The notes under the pieces are model-generated. The model did not search any database, was not told the DNA's origin, and was given only the letters and a program-made list of their open reading frames with translations. A stretch of DNA of 58,935 nt, filler included, from Catajapyx aquilonaris (taxonomy: Eukaryota): NCBI GenBank assembly GCA_000934665.2. It is 4 parts of 4 records of this genome, joined end to end, with 100 filler letters (N's around TTAATTAATTAA, not from the genome) between each part and the next. Parts side by side here need not be neighbours in the genome. Positions count along the whole stretch, not along the records: positions 29,934 to 44,343 come from JYFJ02007786.1; positions 44,444 to 58,935 come from JYFJ02007787.1; 2 more parts are not named here. One strand, 5' to 3'. The position numbers and the translations under genes are program-made. This document shows positions 38,360 through 51,597 of the stretch, piece by piece. Numbering within the stretch: the stretch's first letter is position 1; each line of letters opens with the position of its first letter.

Positions 38360-39189
38360 GCATTAGACACTGTAATTTCATTGTACCAGACACGGCATCT
38401 AAACATCAATATCAGGCATTAGACAGCCTGCTTCGATGTCATACTCCTGACACACAAATACACTGTACTATAGGCTATACTTGCGATTATCCGGGTGCGG
38501 ATTATCTGTGCAATTGACAAAATATTAAATTTTATTTGAAAGCTCGGGAAAATGTGCCGGATTTTCTTCCCACTTCTAGCTATTGCTAACTTAGCAGTAT
38601 ACCGTTTTCGAATTATCATTGTTTTCCGAATATTTGGGAACACCGGTGTATTCAGTATCATGATTATCCGGGACCCAGTACCGGCGACCCGCGACCCGCG
38701 ACCGGATGCAGGTGTTGTAGGAATATCCTTTTGGCTTGTTTCTTGATCCAGCTAATGTGAGCATAAGCAGCTGAGGTTATGTTTGCACAACACTATAGTA
38801 TCCCCAAGGATAATTAGAAAGAGCAAAAAATGTCAAAATTCAGAGGAGTAAAAAGAGTCAATTTGGTTGTCAGTATGTTCTAATTACCCTGCGTTGCAAT
38901 AATTCTTCAGATTTGACTTGTAGATATGGGTTTCCTGAAAAATTAGTAAATGCTGTGACTGTCCCTGAAGTACAATGTGATTATGTCACTTTGCACACAA
39001 GAAAATGTTGCTTCTGAGAATGCAAAAAGTCTGATGAGGAGGCAATTTTCCTAACAAATAACGAAAATAATAATTGCTTTCCATGCTTATGATAATTCAG
39101 CACTGTGATAGGCACTTAAGTGTGGACAGAGGGAAGTTTAAATTTTTTTTAAGCAGATCACCCACATATGTTGGCAGAGCTTGGCATTA

Positions 39190-39500
39190 TCTCTCCCGAT
39201 CTCGTATTACGTAAGTTATATACAATCGACAATAACTGGATTCAGCTTTTGACGACAGCGACGCTCTCATGGCCTCGCTTTCGTTTCACATACTAGTTAT
39301 GCATAGCTTCACATATGTTTCTGATGATTGTCACAGTTATGTTCTTTTGACAGTCTTTTGATATGTGCTCCACATGTCACATATGGAGCACATAACAAAA
39401 GAACATGTGACAGTATGTGAAAAGAAAGCGAGGCCATGAAAGTGTCGTCAAAAGCTGAATCCAGTTGTTGTTGACTGTATAATACGAGATCGATAGAGAC
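39190..39500. mobile_element. Fold-back MITE
   Basis: ~95-bp imperfect arms (CGATCTCGTATTA...CTGGATTCAGCTTTTGACGACA...TTTCACATACT and its reverse complement). Confidence 0.7.
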
Positions 39501-40109
39501 GATGCACATATTAAAATACACGTATTTGGCTCAACCCCGTAACTTATTCCTCAACTTCGTAAGACGGTATTTATAATTTCCAGGCTTATTCGACACTGTA
39601 TATAACGAATGATTGAATTGTCCCAATCCATTCATCACCAGCCTGAGACTGGGAGCCATCGTATTGCAGCCTCCAGCTTTAAAAAAGTTCGTCAACTGAA
39701 ATAATTGACGCCAAATTATTTTTTTGCTGATGTCCAATATATTGGACATCATATTGGACATCAGGTCTCAGAAGGATATATTTTTCGATGCGTAGGCCTA
39801 CGTGAGGTAAATTCTGAAACACCAGGGTATCAGCGAGGTCTGTGATAATAAGATGCCTCCTTTTGGGCTTGTTTGTACATTCGGCTTGTGTGACTTCCAC
39901 ATGCTGTGGTGTCAGTCAGTTTTTACTTTATAGCTACATGTACTGTACACTGTACAGTACATTTCCATAGAAAATGCAGCTGATTTGGTGCACATGTTTT
40001 ATATAAATGCTGTATATCACTAACACAAGCGCAAAATTACTCTGGTATCACAGATGGAATATGGTCTGCAACTATAAATCACAATTGTGCGCCCCAGTCG
40101 ATTGTACTG

Positions 40110-40143
40110 TATATAACTCAGCTAATCCCGAAGGGTTTTCAGT
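40110..40143 (+). promoter_or_regulatory. TATA box + arthropod initiator of the lipase gene
   Basis: TATATAA at 40110 and TCAGT at 40139 (~30 bp spacing); ATG at 40167. Confidence 0.65.
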
Positions 40144-40166
40144 CCAGCAGTTGCCTCCCAGAAGCA

Positions 40167-42405
40167 ATGAAGGTACCTGCTTCTCTTCTGATAGCAGCCG
40201 GTATTTATATTCCATATTTTTAATCAGAGTTCTGGAGCTTTATTTTCTTATAGGTTTGGTTGAAAGCCGAGGTGATTATTTTATATGGTATACATTTTTG
40301 TTATAAATACACCATAATTTTGTGTTCTAGTAGCTGCATATTGCTGCTGTGTCTCTGATGCCATAGACATTGCTGCCCCTGAAGCTATTGGACAACTAAC
40401 AAATCTAGTTGTAAATAGCATTAATCAAACGAATTTGAACTTGACCAACGTATGTTACGGTATGTTTGGAACTGTTTTTCTGCTCCCTCACACTGGTACA
40501 CTGTACAATCAGTGCCTCTTACAGTAATTTATTTTATTAATTTATTCCAAATGCTCTCTCAAAACGCAGGAGAAGCTCTCGGTTGTTTTTACCAAGTCGC
40601 TGGTAAAAGTTACTTGTTGGGTCTTCCTCCTGACCCAAGTCTGCAGCCAACCCAGTTATGGCTGTTTACGCAGCCAGATGACATGACAACGCCTCAGATA
40701 ATACCTTACACGAATGAAAGTTGGGTAGGTTCTACCCAGTTCAATCCAAGTTGCCGGAGTGTCTTTTTGATACATGGTTATTCCAACAATGCCTCGTTTC
40801 CGTGGATTGTCAATTCCACAGCAGCCTTATTTCAGAAGGTACGTACAGTACCGTATTTACCGGCTGGTGTCTCTCTTCATCTATTCATACGCACTTTATC
40901 TACAGGTAACACCATGCGTTAATGTTATGGCTGTTAATTGGGACAATGGTAGCAACGCCGATTATATTGACGTATCCAGGAGGGCTGAGCTCATTGGTCG
41001 CCAGCTGGCTGTCATGATTTGTAACATGGTCAATTATGATCCCAAGTTGATACATATTGTTGGTAACAGTATGGGTGCACAAATAGCAGGATTCGCAGGA
41101 AATTGGACACAAATTTTGTGCAACCTGACAATAGGACGCATAACTGGTAAGCTCATGTTGTGCAGCATGAGAAAACAACTTTACAAAACAAACAGTATTC
41201 CTTATATGCATTTGACTTTCTGACAGGTGTAGACCCTGCTGGTCCTCTCTTTTGCAACAGCAACGTGCCTCTGGGGCCAATCCTGGTGGCTGGATATGCC
41301 CTGAATAAGAATCAAGCCGATTACGTGGACATCATTCACACCAACGGGGGCATCATAGTTGGACCCAGTCTCACGCCTACTTATTTTGGGTGTATAGATA
41401 GCTGCGGGCACGCGGATTATTATGTCAATGGTGGAGCATGCCAACCTTATTGCGTAAAAAATGACCGTATGTATATAGATGTGGGTGCATAAATGTCAAC
41501 ATACAGGGTGGTCCAAGTTCAAGTGTCGTTTTATAACGGCGATTAATAGCAGTGATTTTGCGATGACGTAGCAGCGACGCGTAAAATGTCCCACTTCGGC
41601 GCAATCGAAGTGGGCAATTTTACACGTCGCTGCTACGTCATCGTTAAGCGCTTCTATTAATCGCCGTTATAAAACGACACTTGAACTTGGACCACCCTCA
41701 GTCACCGATTATACAGTATATTTTCCATCCTCTCGTTAATAGCCACTAACGTATGGTGCAGTCATCAGACGTCCCAGTATTACTTCGTGAATAGCATATT
41801 GAATGGCAACGACAGCTGTCGCTACAAATCTTTCCCGTGTTTGGGTCCATCTGGGTATTCCCAGTTTTTGGAAGGGAAGTATTTCAGCTGTGACGGCAAA
41901 TGCGGACAGATGGGATACTGGTCTAGTGGTGCAGTAGGTAACCAATGCCTTCTGACTCTCACCAGCAATCGCCAAAGTGGTAAGTTCAGATTATTGCTGC
42001 AGAAAGTATAAGAGATTAGTTAAATATGTATTTATCTTCAGGTCGTCACTTTAAAGTGGTGCCACAGCCACAGCTGCCCCTCTGCCCAGCCATGAACGTG
42101 ACCATCTCGAACGGAAAGCAGACCACATCTGCCATGACCTTCGGACTGTAAGGATCGTAGGCTAATTGTTTTTTTTTTTTTTAAATTGGCTTTCGTCGAC
42201 AATATTTTCTTTTTTTCTTTCTAGCCTTCTACAGCTTTGTGGCTTTAGTATTTCTGCTGAGTTATGTCAGACTGTGGCCCTTAGCAGCTGTGTTGATATA
42301 TGGATGTCTGACCCAAATGTGACGTTGGGCACTGGAAGTCTTCTTGTCACTTCTGCGATAGTTACCGATGAAAATGGCAACACTAAAACCATTTCTAAAG
42401 CATAA
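40167..42405 (+). CDS. Secreted pancreatic-lipase-family (neutral) lipase, 478 aa
   Basis: Exons 40167-40200, 40331-40459, 40570-40838, 40906-41146, 41227-41466, 41743-41979, 42042-42147, 42225-42405, phase-consistent (1437 nt). Signal peptide MKVPASLLIAAVAAY, VCYGEALGCF, FLIHGY, NVMAVNW, GNSMG, RITGVDPAGP, ADYVDIIHT, GHADYYVNGG..QP.C, CSH. AATAAA at ~42543. Confidence 0.93.
41504..41699. mobile_element. Palindromic Tc1/mariner-type MITE in lipase intron 5
   Basis: TA|CAGGGTGGTCCAAGTTCAAGTGTCG start; almost the whole 196 bp folds into one hairpin. Confidence 0.85.
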
Positions 42406-42840
42406 TTATGACAACTGATGCAACTTTGTTGCATTATACAGTGTAAACAGGGTGTAATCCGATCACCCTGGCAGGCCATGCTTGATAATAAGAAAGGAAT
42501 AACACTCATATTTTATCATAATTATGACCTATACGCTAATGAAATAAAGAATACGTAAATCTACTCATGCTGTGAAATTATTTCATTCCCAAGATTACTG
42601 AGACCGTGCTCTATGCTGCCCAAATTTGGTCTCTTTCATACTTAATCGAAAAAATCCAATAATACAGGGTGGGGCCGGTAACGGAGGACAAATTAACAAG
42701 TAAATAGAAACGTCGTTAAATAGAGTATAGGGGAGACCGGGGCACATTTTTTACATTTCATTTTTTATTAGACCAGTTAAGACTTTTGCACTGTAATTTT
42801 TATACTTATAATACTTTAGACGTCCTTATTAAATTGTTTA

Positions 42841-43069
42841 TAAGATAAACATTCCTAAAAAAGAAAATAATGGAGATGCCTTTTTTTTGCGTCCAACCCT
42901 TTAAACTGCATATGGTGACTTCTATAGTTCAATGTTCTATATAGTCACAGACCTATATAGGCTGTGGTTAATCAACAATTTTTGTCAAGATGCCAGAAAC
43001 GATGGGCTGTTTTCCTTTTCCATGCATACAACTTGGAAAGTTGGATAAAAGTGCAGTGTGACTTCAATA
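42841..43069 (+). repeat. Direct repeat, copy 2 (copy 1 at 38107-38359)
   Basis: See copy 1. Confidence 0.8.
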
Positions 43070-43668
43070 ACTCGAATCTCCAAGTGAACAGAAAAATACT
43101 TCCAGTTATGAAATATTCTGCAATATATTAAAAGAGGTTTGGCAAAATCGTAATTAAGAGTTGCACAAAGATATTTATCTTTATTTCCGCACTGTTTAGT
43201 GTTAAACAACAAAAATGCTGTAAGTTACCTACACAGTCCATGCAGGTCTGTAACTATAGCCGAATTTCCATTTTTCTCGCCTATCTCTGTACACAAGATC
43301 TGCAAATGTGTAGTGTCTGCAATAATATAGGTGGAATTGGTATGAAATGTAATAAAATGACAAATAATAGTGGTCCACTTTTTTATTCGCAAAAAAATAC
43401 GGAAATGAAAAAGTTACAGCAAAGATTGCTAAAGAGTGGTACAAATAGGCCTACACAGTGTTTCTATTTTGTTTAAAAATTGGCATTTAAAATCCTCATA
43501 ATGACAAAAACATCGGTATAAATGATGAAACATTTTATAGTTTACAACAATTCAACATTAATAAAACTTCAGTATTCTACGCTTTCGTACAGATAACTCA
43601 CTCTAAAATTAGATCAAAAACTTTCCCTTCAGTAAAAAAAAGAGAAGTAAGACCTCCGCGGCGGAATA

Positions 43669-44343
43669 AAAGTATTGAAACAAGGCAGGCGCACGTAAGA
43701 CCTTCACCAATTGATTTAAGCTGTACCATAGGTCTTACTCAAGCAATTACCAATTTACTACTCATGAAGTCTCCTTTCTGAAAACAAATTTGTGGAATTT
43801 CTGTCGTACTACTAGCTACTTCTAACTTAGCAGTACCAGTGTAGTGCAATGGTATACTGTTAAGTTAGCAGTAACTACAGACCTGTAGTTAATAGTAATG
43901 GTAGTACGACGAAATTTCCACCCATTAATTTTCCATGAGCCACTCCATATTAGTGTTTTATGAAATTAGGAACTTCAATATTAAGCGCATTGAATTTCTA
44001 TGCGATTATGCAAATTATTGCTATGAAACATTTATGCAGAATCGTCACCTCTTTTAGATGCTGATTTTAACTCTAACATTTAATTTTTCACATATAAACG
44101 TTAATTGGTGAATTTTAGAGGGTCTTTTTCGATTGGACCAAGTCTGTTAGAATGGGTTTAGTTTTTCCCCCATTTTCTTTTTTCCTTTCATAATAAAGTC
44201 CTACCTACTGCTCTGAGTAGTTTGCAGCAGTCGTTTTACGAGACGTTCCATACCGTACCTGAGAATTGCTTGAGTAAGACCTATGGTACAGCTTAAATCA
44301 ATTGGTGAAGGTCTTACGTGCGCCTGCCTTGTTTCAATACTTT
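43669..44343. repeat. Inverted repeat running into the contig end; related sequence at ~21870-21977
   Basis: 43669-43748 is the reverse complement of 44264-44343; internal hairpin at 43792-43921. Confidence 0.75.
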
Positions 44344-44443
44344 NNNNNNNNNNNNNNNNNNNNNNNNNNNNNNNNNNNNNNNNNNNNTTAATTAATTAAN
44401 NNNNNNNNNNNNNNNNNNNNNNNNNNNNNNNNNNNNNNNNNNN
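44344..44443. other. Artificial contig spacer
   Basis: 44N + TTAATTAATTAA + 44N. Confidence 0.95.
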
Positions 44444-44778
44444 TACCTATAAAGTTCAGCCTTAGTCCGGTAGGGTCGCCACTTATCCTGGCCTCCGAAA
44501 TGTCTCATGGCGGTCTCAGGTGAGCACCCGCTGCAAAATGCCTCGGCAGGGGGTGGGTGGGAGTGACCAGACCTTACTTATATGACCGTGCACTGGGTAC
44601 AAAAAGTCCCCGAGTCACCGGAGTAAGATTTTTAAACACCGACGATTAGTCTTCGACTGCGATTAGTGAATATCCTTACCGTCTCACGATTATATTACTA
44701 AAAATTTTGGATATGCAATGAGCCAATGGCCTTCTACCGAGCCGACAAAAATATATAATATTTAAAAACAGTTTCCTT

Positions 44779-44779
<1 letters not shown>

Positions 44780-44839
<60 letters not shown>
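44780..44839. repeat. (CT)n microsatellite
   Basis: Read directly. Confidence 0.95.
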
Positions 44840-44841
<2 letters not shown>

Positions 44842-44961
44842 GATACTATCCCACACTGTCATATTATACGTAAGATGTGATCGTTGTACGGACATGATTG
44901 GAACACATTGCTACAACTTACAAACTGTTGTAGGTGCTAATGTATGATGCTTCATTTCATC

Positions 44962-45142
44962 CAGTGGCGTAGGCAACCCCCCCTGGACCCCAAAAAATAT
45001 AGTTCCAATCCGCAATTTGAAGGTGTTAAAACGCACATGCGCAAATATTGTAGCTTGTGTGAGCTTGAACTGTATAAAAAAATTTCGCCTGCTGCGGGCC
45101 TTTTCGTTCTTCCCTCACACAAATTTCCTGGCTACGCCACTG
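44962..45142. mobile_element. hAT-like MITE
   Basis: TIRs CAGTGGCGTAG/CTACGCCACTG, flanked by TTCATC on both sides. Confidence 0.7.
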
Positions 45143-45420
45143 TTCATCTGCAGGTGGTTTATGCTTCCGGCTTACGACAAATGAGGGAACGTGATCTGCT
45201 GAATTTTCCAAGAGCTATAAGCTGGATGACGCCAATCGGACAAGTAATTTGAGGAAAAATAATTTATGCATTTTTTCCCGAACAAATTCAGAAGCGACTT
45301 TTCAAATATGGCTGCGATCTAGCAGTGTAGCGAGCTCGTTGTAATCAGAGTAATTATCCCTTTCCAGTGATGCAATAAAATGTCTGCGTTTTTGAGTGAA
45401 ACAGCTGAAACTTCGCCAGT

Positions 45421-45609
45421 AAGGGATGAAAAACGCACCTAAAGTGACCTGCTCAAAATGACCCGGTGACCCCTTTTTGGGGGCTATCAATGCACCGAAT
45501 TTCAAGAAAATGGGTGAGTTTTCGGCATTTAAGAGTTGACCTCTGCCCCCCGAAAAGGGGTCACCAGGTCATTTTGAGCAGGTCACTTTAGGTGCGCTTT
45601 TCATCCCTT
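45421..45609. repeat. Inverted repeat within a larger TE remnant
   Basis: ~60-bp arms AAGGGATGAAAAACGCACCTAAAGTGACCTGCTCAAAATGACC and its reverse complement. Confidence 0.75.
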
Positions 45610-45841
45610 GGGGTGGCCTACCAATGTACCGAATTTCAAGAAAATCGGTGAGACCTTGGAAAGTGTCCCTTGTGAGATCGAGAGGTCATAACTTTTGACC
45701 TTGTGGGCATTCGCCCAAATTGTTTGCATTTTCTTTAATACCTTCCCTGCCTATATTATTGTGCCAAGTTTCATTCAGAAACTCCACGGACAACACGTAC
45801 ACTTCCCTTGTGAGTTAATATTATTATAGTAGCATATTACG

Positions 45842-48256
45842 GTGACTTACACGACATGAAACTCAGTTTATGCCTAACTTTTAATTTTTCAAAGCACAAA
45901 CTTAGCATTCAAGGAAAGGGTGTTTAAAAATAAATATGCACTTTGTATCTAAGTGTTAATTAATGTTTTGATTTTAACAGTTGCACATTTCATTTGAATT
46001 ATATCAATATATACGAAAAATATAAATATATACGTATAAAGGAATGTGTGACTTACACGACAAGAAAGCCACTGGTATAACAGTGGCTTCAGATATGAAT
46101 GTAAAATTCTTCGCATTTATGACTTTCATGTTAGTGTTATATTGTAGGGAGGATATTTTCAAAGACCAAAATTAAAATATTATTATGTGAACTTGGTGTT
46201 GTTATTAATTTTACAAGAAATATTCTTTTTTTTGTGACTTACACGACACTCGAAACGTGACTTAATATACGACACTTTTGTCCTCATTGCTTTCTGATGA
46301 GATTTATGAGAATAATTTTAGATTTTTAGGACAGAAACAAAGTATTCTTTCTTATTACATGTTATTTTATTAAAACATTTAAATGATAGGCCTACATGAG
46401 AATGTGCAGGGCAACAATTCTTTTAATTAACATTTGAACATGATTGTATACGTATACTGCATATACGAGTATAATGTGTGTACCTGAGCAGACAGCAGTG
46501 GATTCATTGTATTGCCATGCGAGATGGCCAGGTGTGATACGTGATGGTCATCGCTGGCCACCCTGTCATGGGATATAATGCCATGAAGGCGGAATGTGTA
46601 TGTAGGCTAGGCTACTACAATGTCTATGTCTATATGTGCGTATAAAATGGTCTATAAATTGGTATAACTTGCCCAACAAAGCATGTAGTGAGTTCTGTCC
46701 ATTACATATGCAGTCAATGACAATCCAGTTATCTGCTTTATTATCTGTAAAACTAAAGCGGATCCCATACTATTTGTAGATTCTGCAGGCAAATTAGACA
46801 TCTGGGATGAATTATTAGCAGGTATATATGAGTACCAGAAGTCTGTGGCACAATGCCTTTAAAAAGTCGTGTTAAAAATAAGCAATATAAAACGCAAGAA
46901 TGGAAGCATTGGAAATAAGAGAATGTTCTAGTTCAGAATGTCCAAGTGTACTGAAATAATGAGATTTTCTTAGTCAGGATAATAAACAATAACTTATTTT
47001 CTATTAGGGATCCACATTTCATCGAGCGTAGCTATTCTTCTTTCAATATCCTTTGATTCAATGAATAGCCTATAATATTAATATTTGGATAAACTCTATG
47101 GGCAACTACTGCAAATTTTCCAGCTGTGTTTGGATCAAACTGTCTGGCATTGATGGCTTCTCAAACTCTACATTTTACCTTCAACGCTTCTCTCTCACTA
47201 AAAGTCGCGGATTTTTTTAAATACACCCTTCTTTTTGCCTTTCCAATGCACTTACGTATCTATAGGACAGCTTACCTCCATTCTTGCTTTAACTACGACA
47301 TTTGCAAGTACCATTTTACCAGCCGGGATACAATAGCGACAGTAGCATCCAAGCGGATGTGTTACTTACACGACAAAAATGAAATGGCTATAACAATGTT
47401 CATACAAAAATTACCTCAGAATTATTCTTATTATGTGAAGGGCACTACTGTGTCGTGAGACGGTAATTAATATCAACTTTTAGATTTTGGTACTACAGCT
47501 AAAAATTTAAAGAAGGTCTAAAAATTGTGACTTACACGACACACAAAGATGGTATTTACACTGGTTAATTTTTATGCCGAATAAGTCATTGCAATGGAAG
47601 GATAAATATATAGTACATTCATCCAGTTCTTAATTATTCATCCAGTACGCAAGTATAGGGGTGCTCGCTGGCAAGATGCCAACCTGGTGCCAAACACCGT
47701 CGCTGAGGGGATGCAGTGGGCGGCCTGTAGTCTCCAGTTGCTCTGTATTTTTGTTTATACTGTTAACTTTTTACATTGTATGTTTATATATTTGTATGCA
47801 TGTGCTCATATCACCGATTTCATCATCACCAAACTCATTATATCTTCTGCGTGGCCTGACCAGTCACCAGAAGATTCATTGTAATGTTCATATGAAACGG
47901 CTAGGTACAAACTAGTCGTCGCTGGCTACCCCATGTCTGGGATTAAGCCGTGATGTTATGTATGTATGTATCCAGTTCTTATGTGATAGAAATCACAGTT
48001 TACTGCAAGAAAAACACTAGCTTACTTGTTGAATTATGAAGATTTTTATGGAGCCTTAGAACAAAGACAATTGCACACCCGCCATATTGGAAATAAACAG
48101 TGTTGTTAACTCGAATGTATGTGACAATTATCTAATATCTGTTCAAAAATATTAAAAAATACAGAATCTCAGCTTTCAGAAAGTACCATAAAATCGTAGA
48201 AATTATTTAATTTAAAATCTGATCCTGATGTATACTTTTGCATGGAATTAGCCCTA
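45842..48256. mobile_element. Degenerate DNA transposon with repeated GTGACTTACACGACA motifs
   Basis: Exact motif at 45842, 46048, 46234 and 47527, with variants at ~46257 and ~47361. Candidate terminus ...GCATGGAATTAGCCC|TA at ~48254. Confidence 0.5.
47633..47969 (+). mobile_element. Short RTE-type retroposon insertion
   Basis: 12-bp TSD ATCCAGTTCTTA (47621-47632, 47970-47981). The 3' end CTACCCC...GGG...CGTGA..TATGTATGTATG is typical of RTE-clade tails. Confidence 0.75.
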
Positions 48257-48829
48257 CTGGTACCGCTTATTCTACAGATTCTTAATCACGTTTTTGGTAC
48301 ACCCTGTAGGTCTTAGTTTGATAATAGCCCCAAAATATGAAGCTGTGGCCGCAAAACGTAGGGTAACAACACTAACCTATTTATTCCGCTTATTCTACAA
48401 AATGATTCTTAAATTTGATCGTGTTTTTTGGTACACCCTGTAGGTCTAGGTTCAAAATAACCTAAAAATCGAAATCAGAAACACCGAAAACATGGGGAGA
48501 CGTGTTTTAGACATTTTCGAAGGGAAAAGTCTTATAGAACGGCTATGTCTATCTGTCTGTCTATGAGACTGTGCTATGAGACTTTTTTCGAGCCCCCTGG
48601 CTGCCCCCTCCCCCCACCACCCACGATCCCTGACCGCCCATTCCCCCAGATCAGACAGACTGACAGAGCCGTGCTATAAGACTTTTTTCGATTTTCGGGT
48701 TCCGGCTTCACTCTATCCACCCCTTCCCCCTGACCGCCCCTCCCCCAGATCACCCTTTCCCCCCTACCAGTCCCGTGACTGACGTTGGGGACAATAGCAG
48801 TAAACATGAAAAAGTATACTCTAATCACT

Positions 48830-51597
48830 CACCTGATTTGCCAATCTTGTTTACGTACATAAACGGTTTAGTTAAGGAGCTATCATTTTCGTTTTTTTCT
48901 GATATTGACTACTGTGCGTAGGAGCAGTGGAAATAACAGCTACTTTGCAAGTGCTGTTATTTAAATATCTCTTACTAAAAATAGCTGTTACTCAGCAGCA
49001 ACTATAGCTATTCTGCGATTCAGGAGCAGCTTAAGCTATTATGTTATTCCGCTATTCCGCTATTCTGCTATCATAGTGTAGGCCATAAATGACAAGGGGT
49101 TAACCACTACGGTACTCCAGTGTACACCTGCAGTGGTACTCCCAGGTACTCCTTAGGTACCTTACGCTTTGATATTCCTTGGTACTCCTTGAATTGTGTA
49201 CTCCATTGTACACTTTACAGTCGAGTGGTTAACCCCTTGACAACTGGCATGCACTTTTTGGCTACGCATTCGTAACGGGAGACTCCGTAGCCTCATTTTA
49301 CCTACTCTCCTAGGCGTGTATCCGCAGGGAAGGAAAGTTAGGTTATGGATTATGTTGCTACAGCGTGCCCCTACCCCTGTCACATTAAGCAGTGCAAATA
49401 ACTATTCGAGCACTGATAATATAAACACGCTTGCCCCTCCCCTGCAGGCTTCCGTACACTAACAGTAAGCGTCATCAACAAGGGTTGAAAAAAGTGCAAA
49501 AAGTGAGAAGGGCTTTCGTAATGGGAGACCGAATATGGCAAGGGTATAAGGGCAAGCTGTACCAGCATAACCCATGACCTAACTTTCCTTCTTGGCGATA
49601 CACACGCCCATCCTTCAGCAGATACACGCTTAGGAGAGTAGGTAAAAGTGCGGGGTATCCCGTTACGAATGCGTAGCGAAAAAGCGCATATGTCATTTCG
49701 TCGGCAACAAGGAGAAAGGGCGAATAAACCATTTTAGAAATTTTACAGGAGAGGTCAAAATAGGTTGAAAAGACGGTGGCCAGTTAAAATATATTCAGAC
49801 TGATTTTACACTTTTTCTCGTCATCGAAAAAAAGTATTATTATAAGAACGGCTCTGTCTCTCCGTCCGTCTGTGGACAGGTATCAGGGCCTCAACCGCAA
49901 AAGATAGCGACAAACCGTTTTCATAGTCAGATTAAGGTCACCTAAATAGGTGTTATGGACAACTTCCGGTGTCCTACCACTTTCGGTTTTCCGGGTTCCA
50001 TCTATCCGCACAAGTCAGTTCTTTACGGGCGGGTTATCGTTGGATTTCGAAATTAGTTTCCCTAGATTCCTGACCCTGTGTGTCGCGGAATTAGCCCGGG
50101 TTTTTACCTGGCACTCTGGCACAGGGGCTGTGAAATGAATTCCTGCCGTTGGACATGTTTGCGGAGCGCGTCCTCGGCCGCCATGAGGAAACGTCTACTA
50201 TAATCGCCCTCGCGTGATTTGCCAATCTTGTTTTTTATGTGACAAAGAGAATCAGTTCATGACTCGCGGTGAATGACATCGTGTCCAGTATGGATTCAAG
50301 TATTAGAACACAGATTCTTGTTCAAATATTTCGCGATCTCAGGCGATGATGACACCGGAAGTAGTCCAAGGTTCAAATTTGCCTCCGCTCTGCCAGGAGG
50401 TCGGCGGTGAGGACCAATATTCTGCGTTCAAGTTTTACTTCCGTTTGAATAAAACAAATACAGAGGTGTACGACATGCTAAGATTGTGAACGGCAGACAT
50501 TGGTCACCATGTTCGGCCCCAAGACATTGAAACTCTTCACAAACTTCCACCCGCATCTGCTTCTCCTATAGAGTAAACAACCTGAGGACCCATCGCATCG
50601 GGTGCAAACGCATCGCATGTGCAAAACGGTCAACACAAAATCATGCGGACACTACCTCTGGATGTACCAGCACACATTCTGGCAAGGTCATCGACGGTTA
50701 TGCGGTGATCTTCCCGGACAATCACTGCACAGGCTGGTGGTGTTAATGATCTCTGTCAAAACTCTGATGGGAGTCTGTAAACCTGGCTGTTTGAAGCGGA
50801 CTACGCACCCTTGCTGCTTGCCTTGTAGTACCATCGGAATGCTATGGAACACATCTTCGCCATCTCTTAGCATGTCATACGCCTCCGTAGCTGTTGTCTT
50901 CAAATAATGGCAGCGAAACGTCGACGCTGAGGCAGAGCGGAGGCGAATAATGATGAACGTAACGTAGGTATACTTCCGGGGTCACAGTCTCCTGGGATCG
51001 TGGAATATTCGAATAGGAATCATTCTTGTTCGAATATTCCACGATCCATCGTGTCCAGAATAGATTGAAGGATTAGAACATCATTAATTATAATTATTGG
51101 TGTTCTAATACTTCAATCTATTCTGGACACGATGCCATTCACCACGCGTTATGAACTAATCATTCTCTTTGTCCCATATAAAATCAGTCACAGTTGGTTT
51201 GATATTGGTCCTCGCATCCTCACAAATCACAGCATGACTGTATGCGCACTGTTCCACCTACACATTCATTTGTCCTTTCACAAAAACCTGCGGTGGGTGA
51301 TGACACCTTCAAATATGCATTTTCACAATATTTTCAGAAAAATTTTCTATTCGCCCTTTCTCCTTATTGCCGACGATTTAAATGTATGATAGCAGGATAG
51401 CAGAATAACATTAGCTGCTACACTGAGTCGCAGAATAGCAGTATAGCAATAGCTGCTGCTGAGCAGCAGTTAATGGTAATAGCTACTACTATAGCAGCTA
51501 TTGCGAAGTATCTGCTCTTTTCATGTCACTGCACCTATGAGAGGGCCGGATCCGGGATGATAGGGGGATCGTAGATTGCGATCAAATTCGGGTGAGA
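48830..51597. mobile_element. Large nested fold-back complex
   Basis: Outer arms ~48830-49090/51385-51597 (related to 27443-28223). Inner IRs at 49248-49693, 49695-51378 and 50232-51183. DINE-like segment at 49815-50015. Confidence 0.65.
49091..49240 (+). mobile_element. Small MITE with GGTACTCC internal repeats; inverted copy at 52189-52339
   Basis: TIRs CAAGGGGTTAACCACT/AGTGGTTAACCCCTTG; second copy lies on the minus strand. Confidence 0.75.

Noticed and set aside
45842..47541. GTGACTTACACGACA repeats as a CRISPR-like array
   Set aside because: Only 15 bp, with irregular spacing of 190-1100 bp, in eukaryotic TE context with no cas genes
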